From positions 1,068 to 61,731 of the forward strand of contig JAKAYT010000005.1 in NCBI GenBank assembly GCA_021826685.1: a stretch of 60,664 bases of DNA. Reading direction: 5' to 3'. The position numbers and the translations under genes are program-made. The notes under the pieces were generated by a model. The model was not told the DNA's origin and made no database searches. It worked only from the letters and a program-made list of their open reading frames with translations. How positions within the stretch are numbered: position 1 is the first letter of the stretch; each line of letters starts with the position of its first letter. Source of the stretch: Thermoplasmata archaeon (GTDB lineage: Archaea > Thermoplasmatota > Thermoplasmata > Lutacidiplasmatales > UBA184). This document shows positions 27,739 through 37,375 of the stretch, in pieces.

Positions 27739-28526
27739 GGGAAGACCTTCGCCTCCTCTCGCAGAAGCCGTACGAGCTTTTCCGCCGCTTCCTCCGGCGT
27801 CTTGAACTCGATCATCTTCGCTCCCGTCCTCGGCGCGGGGAGCTCGAACTTCTCACCGATCGAGCGGGGCTTTGCCTCTAGCGCCAATGCTGTCGAGGTC
27901 GTCGGCCAGTCGACCTTGAGGATCGGGGCTTTCCGGGACTTGAGGATGTTCGGCAGCTTCGCCGAACGAGGGTCGTTCCAGGCTTGCTGGAGCCCGACCA
28001 CGCAGGGGAGCGGAGCCTCCCACTGTTCGACGCCCGCTTCGGTCGGACGTAGGAACGTAAGGCCCGAGGGGCCCGAGGATCGGAGGTCCGTCACATATCC
28101 GAAGCTTGGGATACCGAGCAGCTCCGCGATCGCTCCCGGGACGATCCCTTCCTCGTCGTCGCCGGCCTGTTTTCCGCCGAGCACCAGGTCGTGGGGGACC
28201 GTTTGGAGCGTGGCGGCGAGCGCCCGGGCCGCGAGGACCGGATCGTCCGAACCTTCCGGGGGCCCCTCGACCCACGTAGCCCGGTCCGCCCCGAGGGCGA
28301 TCGCCGCGCGCAGGGTCTCCTCGCACCGAGCCGGGCCGAACGAGACCGCGTGCACACTCGAGCCCGGGAGGCTCTCCTTCAGGAGGAGGGCCTGCTCGAC
28401 CGCGGACTCGTCGTAGCCCGCCAGCACGAACTTGATCCCTTCCGGCTCCGGTCCGCGGCCGTCGGGGGTCGCCCGCAATCGGCTCTCGGCCTCGGGGATG
28501 GGCTTGATCAGGACGACGATCTCCAC
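27735..28526 (-). CDS. etfB: Electron transfer flavoprotein beta subunit
   Basis: DE.AVEQAL.LKE, LR.AIALGAD.A, GKQAGD, PR..KLP.I.K..K. Confidence 0.93.
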   Translation of the reverse strand: MEIVVLIKPIPEAESRLRATPDGRGPEPEGIKFVLAGYDESAVEQALLLKESLPGSSVHAVSFGPARCEETLRAAIALGADRATWVEGPPEGSDDPVLAARALAATLQTVPHDLVLGGKQAGDDEEGIVPGAIAELLGIPSFGYVTDLRSSGPSGLTFLRPTEAGVEQWEAPLPCVVGLQQAWNDPRSAKLPNILKSRKAPILKVDWPTTSTALALEAKPRSIGEKFELPAPRTGAKMIEFKTPEEAAEKLVRLLREEAKVFP

Positions 28527-28541
28527 GGGCCGTGTCCTCCG

Positions 28542-29690
28542 CTAACCGTACTGCCGCAGGAGCTCGCGCGCGGTCACGATGCGTTGGATCTCGTTCGAGC
28601 CCTCGTAGATCTGGGTGAGCTTGGCGTCGCGCATGAGCTTCTCCACCGGGTAATCGCGCATGTACCCGTATCCGCCGAAGATTTGGATCGCCTCGTCCGC
28701 GACGCGCAGGGCCGCATCCGAGGCGAAGCACTTCGCGATCGAGCTCTCGAGCGTGCTGGGGTGCCCGTGGTCGATGCTCCACGCGGCGTGCCAGGTCAGC
28801 AGGCGCGCCGCGTGCACCGCCTGGGCCATGTTCGCGAGCTTGATCTGGATCGCCTGATGCTCGGCGATCGCCTTGCCGAACGACTTGCGCTCGAGGCTGT
28901 AGCGCGCCGAGTGGTCCAGAGCCGCTTGGGCGATGCCGGTCGCGAGAGCGCCGATCGGCGTCCGGGTCTGGTCGAGCGTGCGCATGGCGATTGAGAAGCC
29001 GTCCTGCTCGCTCCCCAATCGCTGCGTACTGGGGATCCGCACCCCCTCGAACCGGATCGTGCTGGTCGAACTCGCCCGGTGGCCCATCTTGTCCTCGTCC
29101 TTCCCTCGGACGATCCCCGGGGCATCGCCCGGAACGATGAAGGCGGCGATCCCCTTGGATCGCAGGCTGGGATCGAGCGTGGCGAAAACCGTGAACAACG
29201 ACGCGTGCGGGCCGTTGGTGATGAAGCACTTCTCCCCCGAGAGCACGTACCCGTCACCGTCCTTGCGCGCGCGCGTCTGAAGTCCGGCCGCGTCGGAGCC
29301 GCCCCCCGGTTCGGTGAGACAAAACGACGCTAGGTGATACTCGGCGCAGAATGGGGTCAACCAACGGGACTTCTGCTCGGCCGTCCCGCCGAGCAGGATC
29401 GGCTCCAGCGCGAGACAGTTCGCGATGATCGACGTGGTCATCCCACCGCAGGCGTAAGCGAGCTCCTCGACGATCAGGCACTGCTCCAGCGCGCCGAGAC
29501 CGCTGCCACCGTACTCGGTCGGGACGTTCAGATTCATCAGGCCGAGCTCCCATGCCTTGCGATAGATCTCCTCAGGAAACCGGGCGGTCTTGTCGCACTC
29601 GGCGGCTTTGGGGGCCATCTCGGCGCGGGCAAACTTGCGGGCGGCGTCTCGGAGGCTCTCCTGCTCCGGCGTCAAAGAAAAGTCGGGCAT
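28542..29690 (-). CDS. Acyl-CoA dehydrogenase (second copy)
   Basis: [48 protein letters not shown]. Confidence 0.96.
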   Translation of the reverse strand: MPDFSLTPEQESLRDAARKFARAEMAPKAAECDKTARFPEEIYRKAWELGLMNLNVPTEYGGSGLGALEQCLIVEELAYACGGMTTSIIANCLALEPILLGGTAEQKSRWLTPFCAEYHLASFCLTEPGGGSDAAGLQTRARKDGDGYVLSGEKCFITNGPHASLFTVFATLDPSLRSKGIAAFIVPGDAPGIVRGKDEDKMGHRASSTSTIRFEGVRIPSTQRLGSEQDGFSIAMRTLDQTRTPIGALATGIAQAALDHSARYSLERKSFGKAIAEHQAIQIKLANMAQAVHAARLLTWHAAWSIDHGHPSTLESSIAKCFASDAALRVADEAIQIFGGYGYMRDYPVEKLMRDAKLTQIYEGSNEIQRIVTARELLRQYG

Positions 29691-29793
29691 GGTGGAGGAC
29701 GACGCCATCCACCGACCTAGCCTATTTCACTCACGCGGGTCCCGCCCCGTTCTGAGCCGAAACGTGTTAAGCCCTCGTTTCGCTCGCGAGTTC

Positions 29794-30564
29794 GTGCCGG
29801 AACTTCGTCCGAGTTCTCCGTCCCGCGCGGCGCTGTCGCGCCCTCCGGCCGAGATTCGGGTGGGCCGTTACGCTCGGATCGACCATGCCCGGGCGCGGCG
29901 CATCGGTGTCCCGGAGATAATCTTGGCGGAGGGAAAGAGCGACGAACACCTCGCCGGGATCCTCTGGGAGCTGCAGCGTCGCGGACTCGGTGCCCTCGTC
30001 TCTCGTCCCACGCCGCGCCAGCTCCGTCGCCTGGAGCGCGAGGTGCGTAAGGGGCTGCGCGTGAGGTCCGCCATGGGAAACCGGGTCGTGCGCCTCTCGG
30101 GCCCGTTGGGGATCGAGCCGATCGATGCGACCGTCGCGCTCGTCGCGGCGGGCACGAGCGACGTGCCGCTGGCCGAGGAGTCGCACGCGATCCTCGTCGA
30201 GCTCGGCGTTCGATGCGTCACCGCCTACGACGTCGGCGTAGCCGGTCTGCACCGTCTCGTGCGCGCCCTTCGGGTCCTCGAACGCCGCTCGCCCGCGGCA
30301 TACGTCGTCTTTGCCGGAAGGGAAGGGGCCCTGCCCACGGTCGTATCGGGGCTCGTGGCGGCCCCCGTGCTCGGGGTTCCGGTCTCGGTCGGCTACGGGC
30401 GGGGAGGGCAGGGAGAGGCCGCGCTGAATGCGATGCTTCAGTCGTGCGCGCCCATCGCGGTCGTGAACATCGATGCGGCCGTCCCGGCCGCCCTATGGGC
30501 GGCGCGAGTCGCCCGACAGCGCTCCCGGGCCTCCGTCCGGGCACGAGGCTCCGTCGGCCGGTAG
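29794..30564 (+). CDS. larB: LarB-like carboxylase (PurE/AIR carboxylase-related)
   Basis: D..R.RRIGVPE....EGK, AGTSD, DVGVAGLHRL, AGREGALP.VV.GL, PVSVGYG, AML.SC...VVNID. Confidence 0.88.
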   Translation: MPELRPSSPSRAALSRPPAEIRVGRYARIDHARARRIGVPEIILAEGKSDEHLAGILWELQRRGLGALVSRPTPRQLRRLEREVRKGLRVRSAMGNRVVRLSGPLGIEPIDATVALVAAGTSDVPLAEESHAILVELGVRCVTAYDVGVAGLHRLVRALRVLERRSPAAYVVFAGREGALPTVVSGLVAAPVLGVPVSVGYGRGGQGEAALNAMLQSCAPIAVVNIDAAVPAALWAARVARQRSRASVRARGSVGR

Positions 30565-30627
30565 GTCCGCGGGCGGCGCCTTCGGTCCGGGCAAGGGCTT
30601 TTGAGAGGCGGGGAGCCTTGCGCGGGC

Positions 30628-31527
30628 GTGCCGAGCCGCGCGTATCTCTCCGAAGAGGCGATCCAGGAGGAGCGGGAGACCCGGGATCGCCTCCGCGAGA
30701 TCGACGGAAAGATCCGCCTGCTCCGCGATCGCCGCCTCGCGCTCGTCGATCGAGTACGAGAGCTGAGCGCGGAGCAAAAGGCCCTGTTCGACACCCGCCA
30801 GATCCCCCAAGAGAAGGTCGAACGCCTGCACGAAGAGCACCGGGCGCTCGGCCGAGCCCTCGCTCAGCTCAAGTCCGAACGCGACCGGGCCCGCTCCCGT
30901 CTGGACGAAGCCGTCGCCCGGGCGCGGGAGATCCGCGCAGAGGTCAATCCGGCGGAGCGCGTGCGCCCGGAGCGGATCCGCAAGGAGATCGCGGACCTCG
31001 AGGCCCACCAGCAGACGAACGCGCTCAGCCTCGACGAGGAGAACGCCCTGATCGCGCGCCTGCGCGAGCGTACCAAGCTCCTCAAGGAGGTGGAGGCGCG
31101 AGAGGCCGTCCTCGCCGAGCACGAGAAGAAGCGTCGGGACGCCGAGGCCGCCGTGAAGGCGGCGCGGGAGGAGGTCCAGACCCGGACGCAAGACCTCGAG
31201 AAGGCACGGGTCGAGCGGGACCGGAAGATGGACGAGATACGTTCCGAGCTCGTCCGCGCGGGCTCGGTGGTCGCCCAGATCCGCGAAAAGGCCGCGGCTC
31301 GGAGGGAGGTCATGCAGAAGCTCGATGCCCTCGGGCGGGAAATGGCGGCGCTGGAATCCGAGGGGCGACGGCTATGGCTCGCTTCAAGAGACCGCCAGCA
31401 AGAAGCGCGTGCGGCGGCGCGCGCCTACGGTCCCGGGCGATCCCGGTTGGGAGGATCCCACCCGCCGGATCGCACCGACCAGAAGCTCGAAGAACTGCTC
31501 AAGCGCGGAAAGGTAACGCTGAGCTGA
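30628..31527 (+). CDS. Archaeal long coiled-coil protein (COG1340-like)
   Basis: E/R/K/L-rich heptads, LE..QQT..LS..EE..LI..L, C-terminal KLEELLKRGKVTL. Confidence 0.8.
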   Translation: MPSRAYLSEEAIQEERETRDRLREIDGKIRLLRDRRLALVDRVRELSAEQKALFDTRQIPQEKVERLHEEHRALGRALAQLKSERDRARSRLDEAVARAREIRAEVNPAERVRPERIRKEIADLEAHQQTNALSLDEENALIARLRERTKLLKEVEAREAVLAEHEKKRRDAEAAVKAAREEVQTRTQDLEKARVERDRKMDEIRSELVRAGSVVAQIREKAAARREVMQKLDALGREMAALESEGRRLWLASRDRQQEARAAARAYGPGRSRLGGSHPPDRTDQKLEELLKRGKVTLS

Positions 31528-31552
31528 GGTCGGCGCGCCGGTCGCGATCCGC

Positions 31553-32488
31553 CTAGGCACCGGCGGGGAAGATGTCTACGACCGTGATGTAGAATTGGAG
31601 AGGCTCGCCGTAGATCTCGTTGTTGAAGTTCCACGTCATGACCCCGGTCGTCCAGTCGATCGAGCTGACGATGAACTCGCTCGAGCTGCAGACCGTCGGC
31701 GCGTTGCCCGGTAGCCGGCCGAGCACGGTACCGGCTTGGCCGGTGGTGAGCGTGCTTGTCAGCGTGATGTTGCCGTTGGAAATGGCGGTCACGGCGTACG
31801 GAAGCTCGAGCGCGACGACGCGCTGGCCCACGCTCACGAGGCTCTGGAAGCTGACCGAGGTCGAGTTGGCGCTGAGGATGTACTCCATCCAGCCGTACAC
31901 CTGGTTCGGGAACGTCGTCCCCGCCCGGGCGGTCACATTCGGGTAGTCGGCCCGGAACGTCCCGAGCGGCACGGTGGAGTCGATCGGGACCGTGAGCACA
32001 AGCGGCTCCGTGGTGAAGCAGGACGGTCGCGCCGGTCCGTAGGCGAGGTTGACCGGGATCGTGACGATCCGAGTCTGGTTCCCCGTCATCCCGAGGATCC
32101 CCTGCCAGAAGCCGGTGATCACCGTGCTGAACGTGTAGTTCCCGAACACGTAACCGTTGGTCGGTGCGGTGGGCCCGACGTGGACGGGGAGCACCGTGTA
32201 GTTGCTCTCGCTACCGCGGGGCACGTACTCCAGGGACTTCGGATACGTCGCGTTGTTCTGATACACCGAGTACAGTGACGTGTCGAAGACCTTTCCTTGC
32301 TGGGGTCCGGAGGCGAACATCCCGATGTAGTTCACCGTCACGTTGTCGCCCTCGGTCACGGTCTTCACACTGTGCGGGGTGTGAGTCGGGAGGACGTAGA
32401 CGGAGACCACCGCGGCCGCGCCGCCCGCGGCGATGACGATGACGGCGACGAGGACTACGAGGGGCCAAACGGATCGTTTTGCTGCCAT
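31553..32488 (-). CDS. Membrane-anchored FKBP-type peptidyl-prolyl isomerase
   Basis: N-terminal TM helix, GDNVTVNYIG, GKVFDTS, VITGFWQGILGM, IP...AYG, C-terminal FNNEIYGEPLQFYITVVDI. Confidence 0.8.
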   Translation of the reverse strand: MAAKRSVWPLVVLVAVIVIAAGGAAAVVSVYVLPTHTPHSVKTVTEGDNVTVNYIGMFASGPQQGKVFDTSLYSVYQNNATYPKSLEYVPRGSESNYTVLPVHVGPTAPTNGYVFGNYTFSTVITGFWQGILGMTGNQTRIVTIPVNLAYGPARPSCFTTEPLVLTVPIDSTVPLGTFRADYPNVTARAGTTFPNQVYGWMEYILSANSTSVSFQSLVSVGQRVVALELPYAVTAISNGNITLTSTLTTGQAGTVLGRLPGNAPTVCSSSEFIVSSIDWTTGVMTWNFNNEIYGEPLQFYITVVDIFPAGA

Positions 32489-32646
32489 GGGTGCCGGGGG
32501 ATGGACTCCGGGGGTCAGTTCGTCGCTGGTCTCGTCATGGATTCGGAGAGACAGGTGCTCATCATTCCCCCGCCGCCGAGCCGCGCACTGATATAAATGC
32601 GTACATGGTCGGGCGCCGGGTTCTTATCCAACCTCCCGGACGAACG

Positions 32647-33150
32647 ATGCCCGAAAGCCCCGCGGTTCACATCGAACGGCTGCGGACGGAGGAGCTTCCA
32701 CCCTACCTCAACCGGCTCATCCCGGAATACGCCCAGGACCACGTCCGCGACGGCTCGTGGACCCCCGAGGAGGCCGAGGGCCGCGCTCGAAGCGAGGTCG
32801 AAAGCCTTCTTCCCCACGGCGTCGACACCCCGGACCACTACCTCTTCGCGATCCGTGCGCAGGGGGAGGACGTGGGACGGATCTGGTTCGCCCGACGGCA
32901 GGATGCCGGAGGACGCCCGTATGCGTTCGTTTACGACCTGCTCGTGTACCCCCAGCACCGACGCCACGGTTATGCCGAAGCGGCGATGCGCGCGATCGAA
33001 GCGAAGGTCCGGGAGCTGGGGCTCGAGCGGCTCGCGCTCCACGTCTTCGGCGCGAACGCGGGCGCGATCCGACTGTACCAGCGCCTCGGCTACACGACCA
33101 CGAACATCCTGATGGCCAAAACGGTGCGTGCCGGAACTAGGCGCGCCTGA
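32647..33150 (+). CDS. GNAT acetyltransferase
   Basis: FVYDLLVYPQHRRHGYA, LALHVFGANAGAIRLYQRLGY. Confidence 0.92.
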   Translation: MPESPAVHIERLRTEELPPYLNRLIPEYAQDHVRDGSWTPEEAEGRARSEVESLLPHGVDTPDHYLFAIRAQGEDVGRIWFARRQDAGGRPYAFVYDLLVYPQHRRHGYAEAAMRAIEAKVRELGLERLALHVFGANAGAIRLYQRLGYTTTNILMAKTVRAGTRRA

Positions 33151-34054
33151 GTCGGCCGACGATCGGTTCTTCCACGACCCCGTCCTCCTGGAGTCGATCG
33201 AGCAATTCCTCCGCCATCTCGGCGGAGAGTCCGTGCTCCGCGAGTCGTTGGACCAGCTCCTTGAGATCGGCGTAGCCGTCGCTCGAGTTGTCCACCAACT
33301 CATCGAGAACATCCAAGAACGCCGATTCGTGGGCCCGTTCTTCTGCGGACGGGGCGGCGCGCGGGACCGCGGCGGGAGGCTCCGAGGACGTGATCCTCAC
33401 GTGGGTCGGCGTCGGAGTGGGCGGGGGGAGCACGGCGTGCGCCCCTTCCACGACCTCGAGCACACCCTTGAGCGCGGCCCGATAACCCGCCCGGTCCACC
33501 GTAGGGTACCTTCGAACGGAGTCTCGAGCCGCCCGAACCCACACCGTCGGCGCGCCGTCGAACCGATCGTCGGGGAGGTTCGGGTCGGTCGCGAGCCGCC
33601 CCACCAGTTCGAGCCGGTCGAACGATTGAGAAAGCGCATCGGCGTAGAGGGCGCGCAGCGTGAGTTCGTCGATCGTGCGGAGGCTCTCCGCGCGCACCGA
33701 GATGTATGCGGTCCCGTCGTTCCCGCGGTACAAATGGACCTTCCCTACGACCATCGCGGTCCGGGGGCCCTGCACCGATTGCAGCTGGGCCATGGCTCGA
33801 GGCTGGAATGCCCCGGCCGTGACCGAGATCGTTCCGGTAGGGTCGACCAAGCGGGCGCGCCAGAACGGCTGCGCGGGATCCTTGCCGATCGTCTCGGGAG
33901 AACTCAGAGTGCCGGCGAGGAGGACCCGGTTCATCCGGGCTCCGTACGGGGAGAGGAGGTACGTCGCGGCCCGCTCGCCGGTGCCGCGTTCCTCGTGCAT
34001 CGCGGCGTTCAGCTCGGCCGCGAACGTGCGCCACGCCGGCTCACGCAGCGCCAC
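33137..34054 (-). CDS. RPA-associated OB-fold protein (RPA2/RPAP-like) with a C-terminal helical domain
   Basis: REPAWR.FA.E, YLLSP.GA..NRV...G.L, RARLVDPTG, AG.FQP.A, V.VR.E; overlaps the 3' end of RPA. Confidence 0.85.
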   Translation of the reverse strand: MALREPAWRTFAAELNAAMHEERGTGERAATYLLSPYGARMNRVLLAGTLSSPETIGKDPAQPFWRARLVDPTGTISVTAGAFQPRAMAQLQSVQGPRTAMVVGKVHLYRGNDGTAYISVRAESLRTIDELTLRALYADALSQSFDRLELVGRLATDPNLPDDRFDGAPTVWVRAARDSVRRYPTVDRAGYRAALKGVLEVVEGAHAVLPPPTPTPTHVRITSSEPPAAVPRAAPSAEERAHESAFLDVLDELVDNSSDGYADLKELVQRLAEHGLSAEMAEELLDRLQEDGVVEEPIVGRLRRA

Positions 34055-35261
34055 GACCGGCCTCCCATCGGTTCCGGAGCTCCTTCGCGCGCGGGTCGAG
34101 CTCCACGCCCACACGCTCCACGGACTCCGGATACAGGTTCAGACCGAAGTCGTCGGGGAACACGCGGCCGCGGGCGCGTAGCCGCAGCCCCACTACCTCG
34201 TCCGCGAGGCTCGACTCGAGCAAGGACGGATCGGGCGAGCGGCGCAGGCGCTCGAGCGCTTCGTCCAGCGTGACCCCCCACAGGGCTTCCGTCATCGGGC
34301 GGTCTACGTTGAGCGTGACCGTGCTAGTACCGTCGTCGAGGACCAGCCGGGCCCGAAGGTCCGCGACCCCCTTCACCGCGCCGTGCTGCGAACACAGACC
34401 CCCCGAGACCGGGCGTCGGCACGTGGGGCACCGGTAGACGAGACCGCTCGGTGGCAGGAGCGCCACCACCAATCCCTCGACGACGGCCGACTCGCTTCCG
34501 CCGGCCGCCTCGAGCCGCGCGAGCGATCGCGGAGCCGAAGGCAGAAGTGCCTCGATCGGGGGGAGCCGACCCGGATCGATCCGCGCGACGATCGAGGTCT
34601 CGTCCAGAACGAGTTGGGGTCGGCCCCGGAACGTGCGCACGTAGGCTCCGGCGATCCGGATCGCTTCGTTCGAGGCGAGATGGAAATCGCTCCAGGAGCT
34701 GAACGCGACCAACCCCGTTCCGTCGCCCAGTATCCCCTCGTACACCTGTCGTTGTTCGGCGCCGACGGTGACGGCCTTAGGGCCCACGCGCAGCACCCGT
34801 GCCTCGAGCCGAAAGCCTTCGGACCGGCTCTGAAGTTCGGAGATCGTACGGAACGGCACTTCCTCCGAGTCCACCTTCGGGAGGTCGGCCGGCCCCGCCG
34901 GAGCGACCCGCGTGCGGAACGAAAAGCTGACCTCGGGTCGTCCTTGGTACTCTCGCACCTGGACGTTCTGGGCCCGGATGATCGTCCCCCGGTCGACCTC
35001 GTCGTTCGGAGGTTCCCACCAAGTGAACCGGACCGAGGCCGTCCCGTCGCTCAGAAGTCCGGTAAGAAACGATCGTCGCCGGCCGTCGGTCGGCCGCGAG
35101 TACTCCCGGCGTTCGACCGAAACGATGCGAGCGACGATCTGGACCGGGACGTCGCTGACGCGCAGGTCCTTCAGTCGAACTTCGACCGGCTCGCTCGACG
35201 GAGATCCTTCGATCACGGTGGGCTCCCCGGTCGGAACGGGGTCCCCGATAAAAGCCGGCAC
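34041..35261 (-). CDS. rpa: Replication protein A (tandem OB folds plus zinc finger)
   Basis: G.L.DGT..V.FT.W, G.LGD.TG...FS.W, CPTC...CSQH, DLR.R.VLDDGT. Confidence 0.9.
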   Translation of the reverse strand: MPAFIGDPVPTGEPTVIEGSPSSEPVEVRLKDLRVSDVPVQIVARIVSVERREYSRPTDGRRRSFLTGLLSDGTASVRFTWWEPPNDEVDRGTIIRAQNVQVREYQGRPEVSFSFRTRVAPAGPADLPKVDSEEVPFRTISELQSRSEGFRLEARVLRVGPKAVTVGAEQRQVYEGILGDGTGLVAFSSWSDFHLASNEAIRIAGAYVRTFRGRPQLVLDETSIVARIDPGRLPPIEALLPSAPRSLARLEAAGGSESAVVEGLVVALLPPSGLVYRCPTCRRPVSGGLCSQHGAVKGVADLRARLVLDDGTSTVTLNVDRPMTEALWGVTLDEALERLRRSPDPSLLESSLADEVVGLRLRARGRVFPDDFGLNLYPESVERVGVELDPRAKELRNRWEAGRGAA

Positions 35262-35373
35262 CCAGGCAAGGAGGCTGCCGGCCGGAGGAGAGGACCCGAA
35301 TCATCGCTCGGGGGAGCCACGGGAGCCTTGGCCGTCCTTGGAAGGTATATCCGCTCGAGCGTCTCGCGAACCG

Positions 35374-36234
35374 ATGGCCGCGCCGTTTTCCGACCGTGCT
35401 CGCCGAATTCCGGCGGAGGTCGGGTCGCTGTTGTGCGTGGGCCTCGACCCGGATCCGGAGCGGATCCCGCGTTCGGTGGGTCCCGGCGCCTCGGCGAGAA
35501 CGCTCCGTCGGTTTCTCGACGGCGTCGTCGGCGCGACCCGGCCCTTCGCGTCCGCCTACAAGTTCCAGCTCGCTTCGTACTTCTCCTACGGGGCCGACGG
35601 TTTCGATGTGCTCGAGGAGACGGTCCGAGCGATCGGCCCGGACCGGATCCGGATCCTAGACCTCAAAGCGAACGACATCCCCAACACGATGCGTCTGTAC
35701 CACGACGGAATCTTCGATCGTTTCGGCTTCGACGCGATCACCGTAACGCCCTGGATCGGATGGGACAGCCTCGGGCCATTCACCGACGACCCGACCCATG
35801 GGGTCTACGTCGTGGCCCATTCCTCGAACTCGGGATGGCGAGCTCTCCAGGGCCGGCGAAGCTCCGGCCCCCCAGCGTGGATCGAAGTCCTGAACCGGGT
35901 TCGCGCGCTCGCGCGTCGGTCCCACAACGTCGGCGCGGTCGTCGGCGCGACGTACCCCGCGGCCGTAGCCGAGGCGCGCCGGCACTTGGGCGACGGCGTT
36001 CCCTTGCTGGTTCCGGGGGTCGGGGCCCAGCGCGGCGCGCTCGAACGATGCGTGCGCGCGGGCATCGATCGGGGCCGACGGTCCCTCCTCATCAACGCCT
36101 CCCGCAGCATCCTCTACGCGAGCGGGGGCGCCGGATGGGCGCGCGCATGCGCGATCGAGGCAGAACGTCTCAACTCGAAGATCGAGGCGGCGCGTTCCGT
36201 AGCGACTCGTACAGCGCGACGATCTGCCGCGTGA
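35374..36234 (+). CDS. pyrF: Orotidine 5'-phosphate decarboxylase
   Basis: LCVGLDP, AYKFQ, ILDLKANDI.NT, VGAVVGAT.P, LLVPGVGAQ.G, LINASRSILYA. Confidence 0.94.
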   Translation: MAAPFSDRARRIPAEVGSLLCVGLDPDPERIPRSVGPGASARTLRRFLDGVVGATRPFASAYKFQLASYFSYGADGFDVLEETVRAIGPDRIRILDLKANDIPNTMRLYHDGIFDRFGFDAITVTPWIGWDSLGPFTDDPTHGVYVVAHSSNSGWRALQGRRSSGPPAWIEVLNRVRALARRSHNVGAVVGATYPAAVAEARRHLGDGVPLLVPGVGAQRGALERCVRAGIDRGRRSLLINASRSILYASGGAGWARACAIEAERLNSKIEAARSVATRTARRSAA

Positions 36235-37318
36235 TGGTCGCGACCCCGTAGCGCTCCTGAGCGCGAAAACGGCCGGCCGCGCCCATCCTCTGGGCGGCCT
36301 CGCGATCGTCCAGCAGCCGCTGGACCTGCCGCGCGAAGTCCTCCGGTATCATCGGATGGGCGAGGAGCCCCTCCCGTCCCTCCTCGATGACCTCGCGCAC
36401 CCCGGGCATGTCCGCGATCACCACCGGGAGCCCGGCCGCCATCGCCTCGGCGATGGCGAGGCCAAACCCTTCGAGCCGGTTCTGCGAGGGATATACGAAC
36501 ACGTCCCCGAGGGCGAGGTAGCGCGGGAGCTCGCCATCGCCGACGTGGGTGAGGAAGCGTACGCGCCCGGCAACCCGCAACCGGCGGGCGAGCGAAGCGA
36601 GCGCCGGAAGGTTCGGGCCGGATCCGATGACGAGCATCGTGACGTCCTTGGGAAGGAGGGACAGCGCTCGGATGCCGGTGTCGAATCCCTTGTGCGGAAC
36701 GAGGCGGCCGGTGAACACGAGGATGCGCCGGTCGGAGAGACCGAGCTCCTGGCGGAGCTCCTCGACGTGAGCCGGAGTGCGGTACAGCTCGACGTCCACG
36801 AGCGAGGGGACGACGTCGATCGCGCGGTTTCGCAAGTTCGCGGACGTCTGCCCGTAGCTCTTCGTGTGGACGATGATACGATCGGCGACGCGCAGGACTT
36901 GCGGGAGCATGACCCGCTCGAACGTGGACGTGAGGAGCCGTCCCCAGGGGCCGGGAAGGTAGAGATCGCAGTGGTAGGTGAGGACGACCGGCGGATGTCC
37001 CGGCCGTAGCCCTCGCGCGGCGAAGTACGACGTGAGCGGTGGGGGGTAGTGCAGGTGGACGATGTCGGCCGAAAGGGTGCGCAGCACTTTTCCGACCCGC
37101 GGGTCGATTGGGGTGTTGAACAGGACACCGCGGACCGGCACCCGCACGACGTGGACGCCGTCGAGCACCTCCGCAGCGGGAAGTTCCGGATCGTAACGGC
37201 TGGTAAGCACGGTGACCTCGTGCCCTTCCCGGACGAGCTCGGTGGAGAGCCGACGAACGTGGGATTCCACTCCCCCCGGGTGGGGAACGTAGAAGGGGCA
37301 GACCTGGACGATCTTCAT
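36170..37318 (-). CDS. Glycosyltransferase family 4
   Basis: GGVE.HV..L, FTGRL..HKG, PSQNRLEGFGL...EAMA.G.PVV. Confidence 0.95.
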   Translation of the reverse strand: MKIVQVCPFYVPHPGGVESHVRRLSTELVREGHEVTVLTSRYDPELPAAEVLDGVHVVRVPVRGVLFNTPIDPRVGKVLRTLSADIVHLHYPPPLTSYFAARGLRPGHPPVVLTYHCDLYLPGPWGRLLTSTFERVMLPQVLRVADRIIVHTKSYGQTSANLRNRAIDVVPSLVDVELYRTPAHVEELRQELGLSDRRILVFTGRLVPHKGFDTGIRALSLLPKDVTMLVIGSGPNLPALASLARRLRVAGRVRFLTHVGDGELPRYLALGDVFVYPSQNRLEGFGLAIAEAMAAGLPVVIADMPGVREVIEEGREGLLAHPMIPEDFARQVQRLLDDREAAQRMGAAGRFRAQERYGVATITRQIVALYESLRNAPPRSSS

Positions 37319-37375
37319 CGAGAACGAGGTCCGACGATACCCCGTGCGGGGCGGGCGATCCCCATGATCCTCGCC

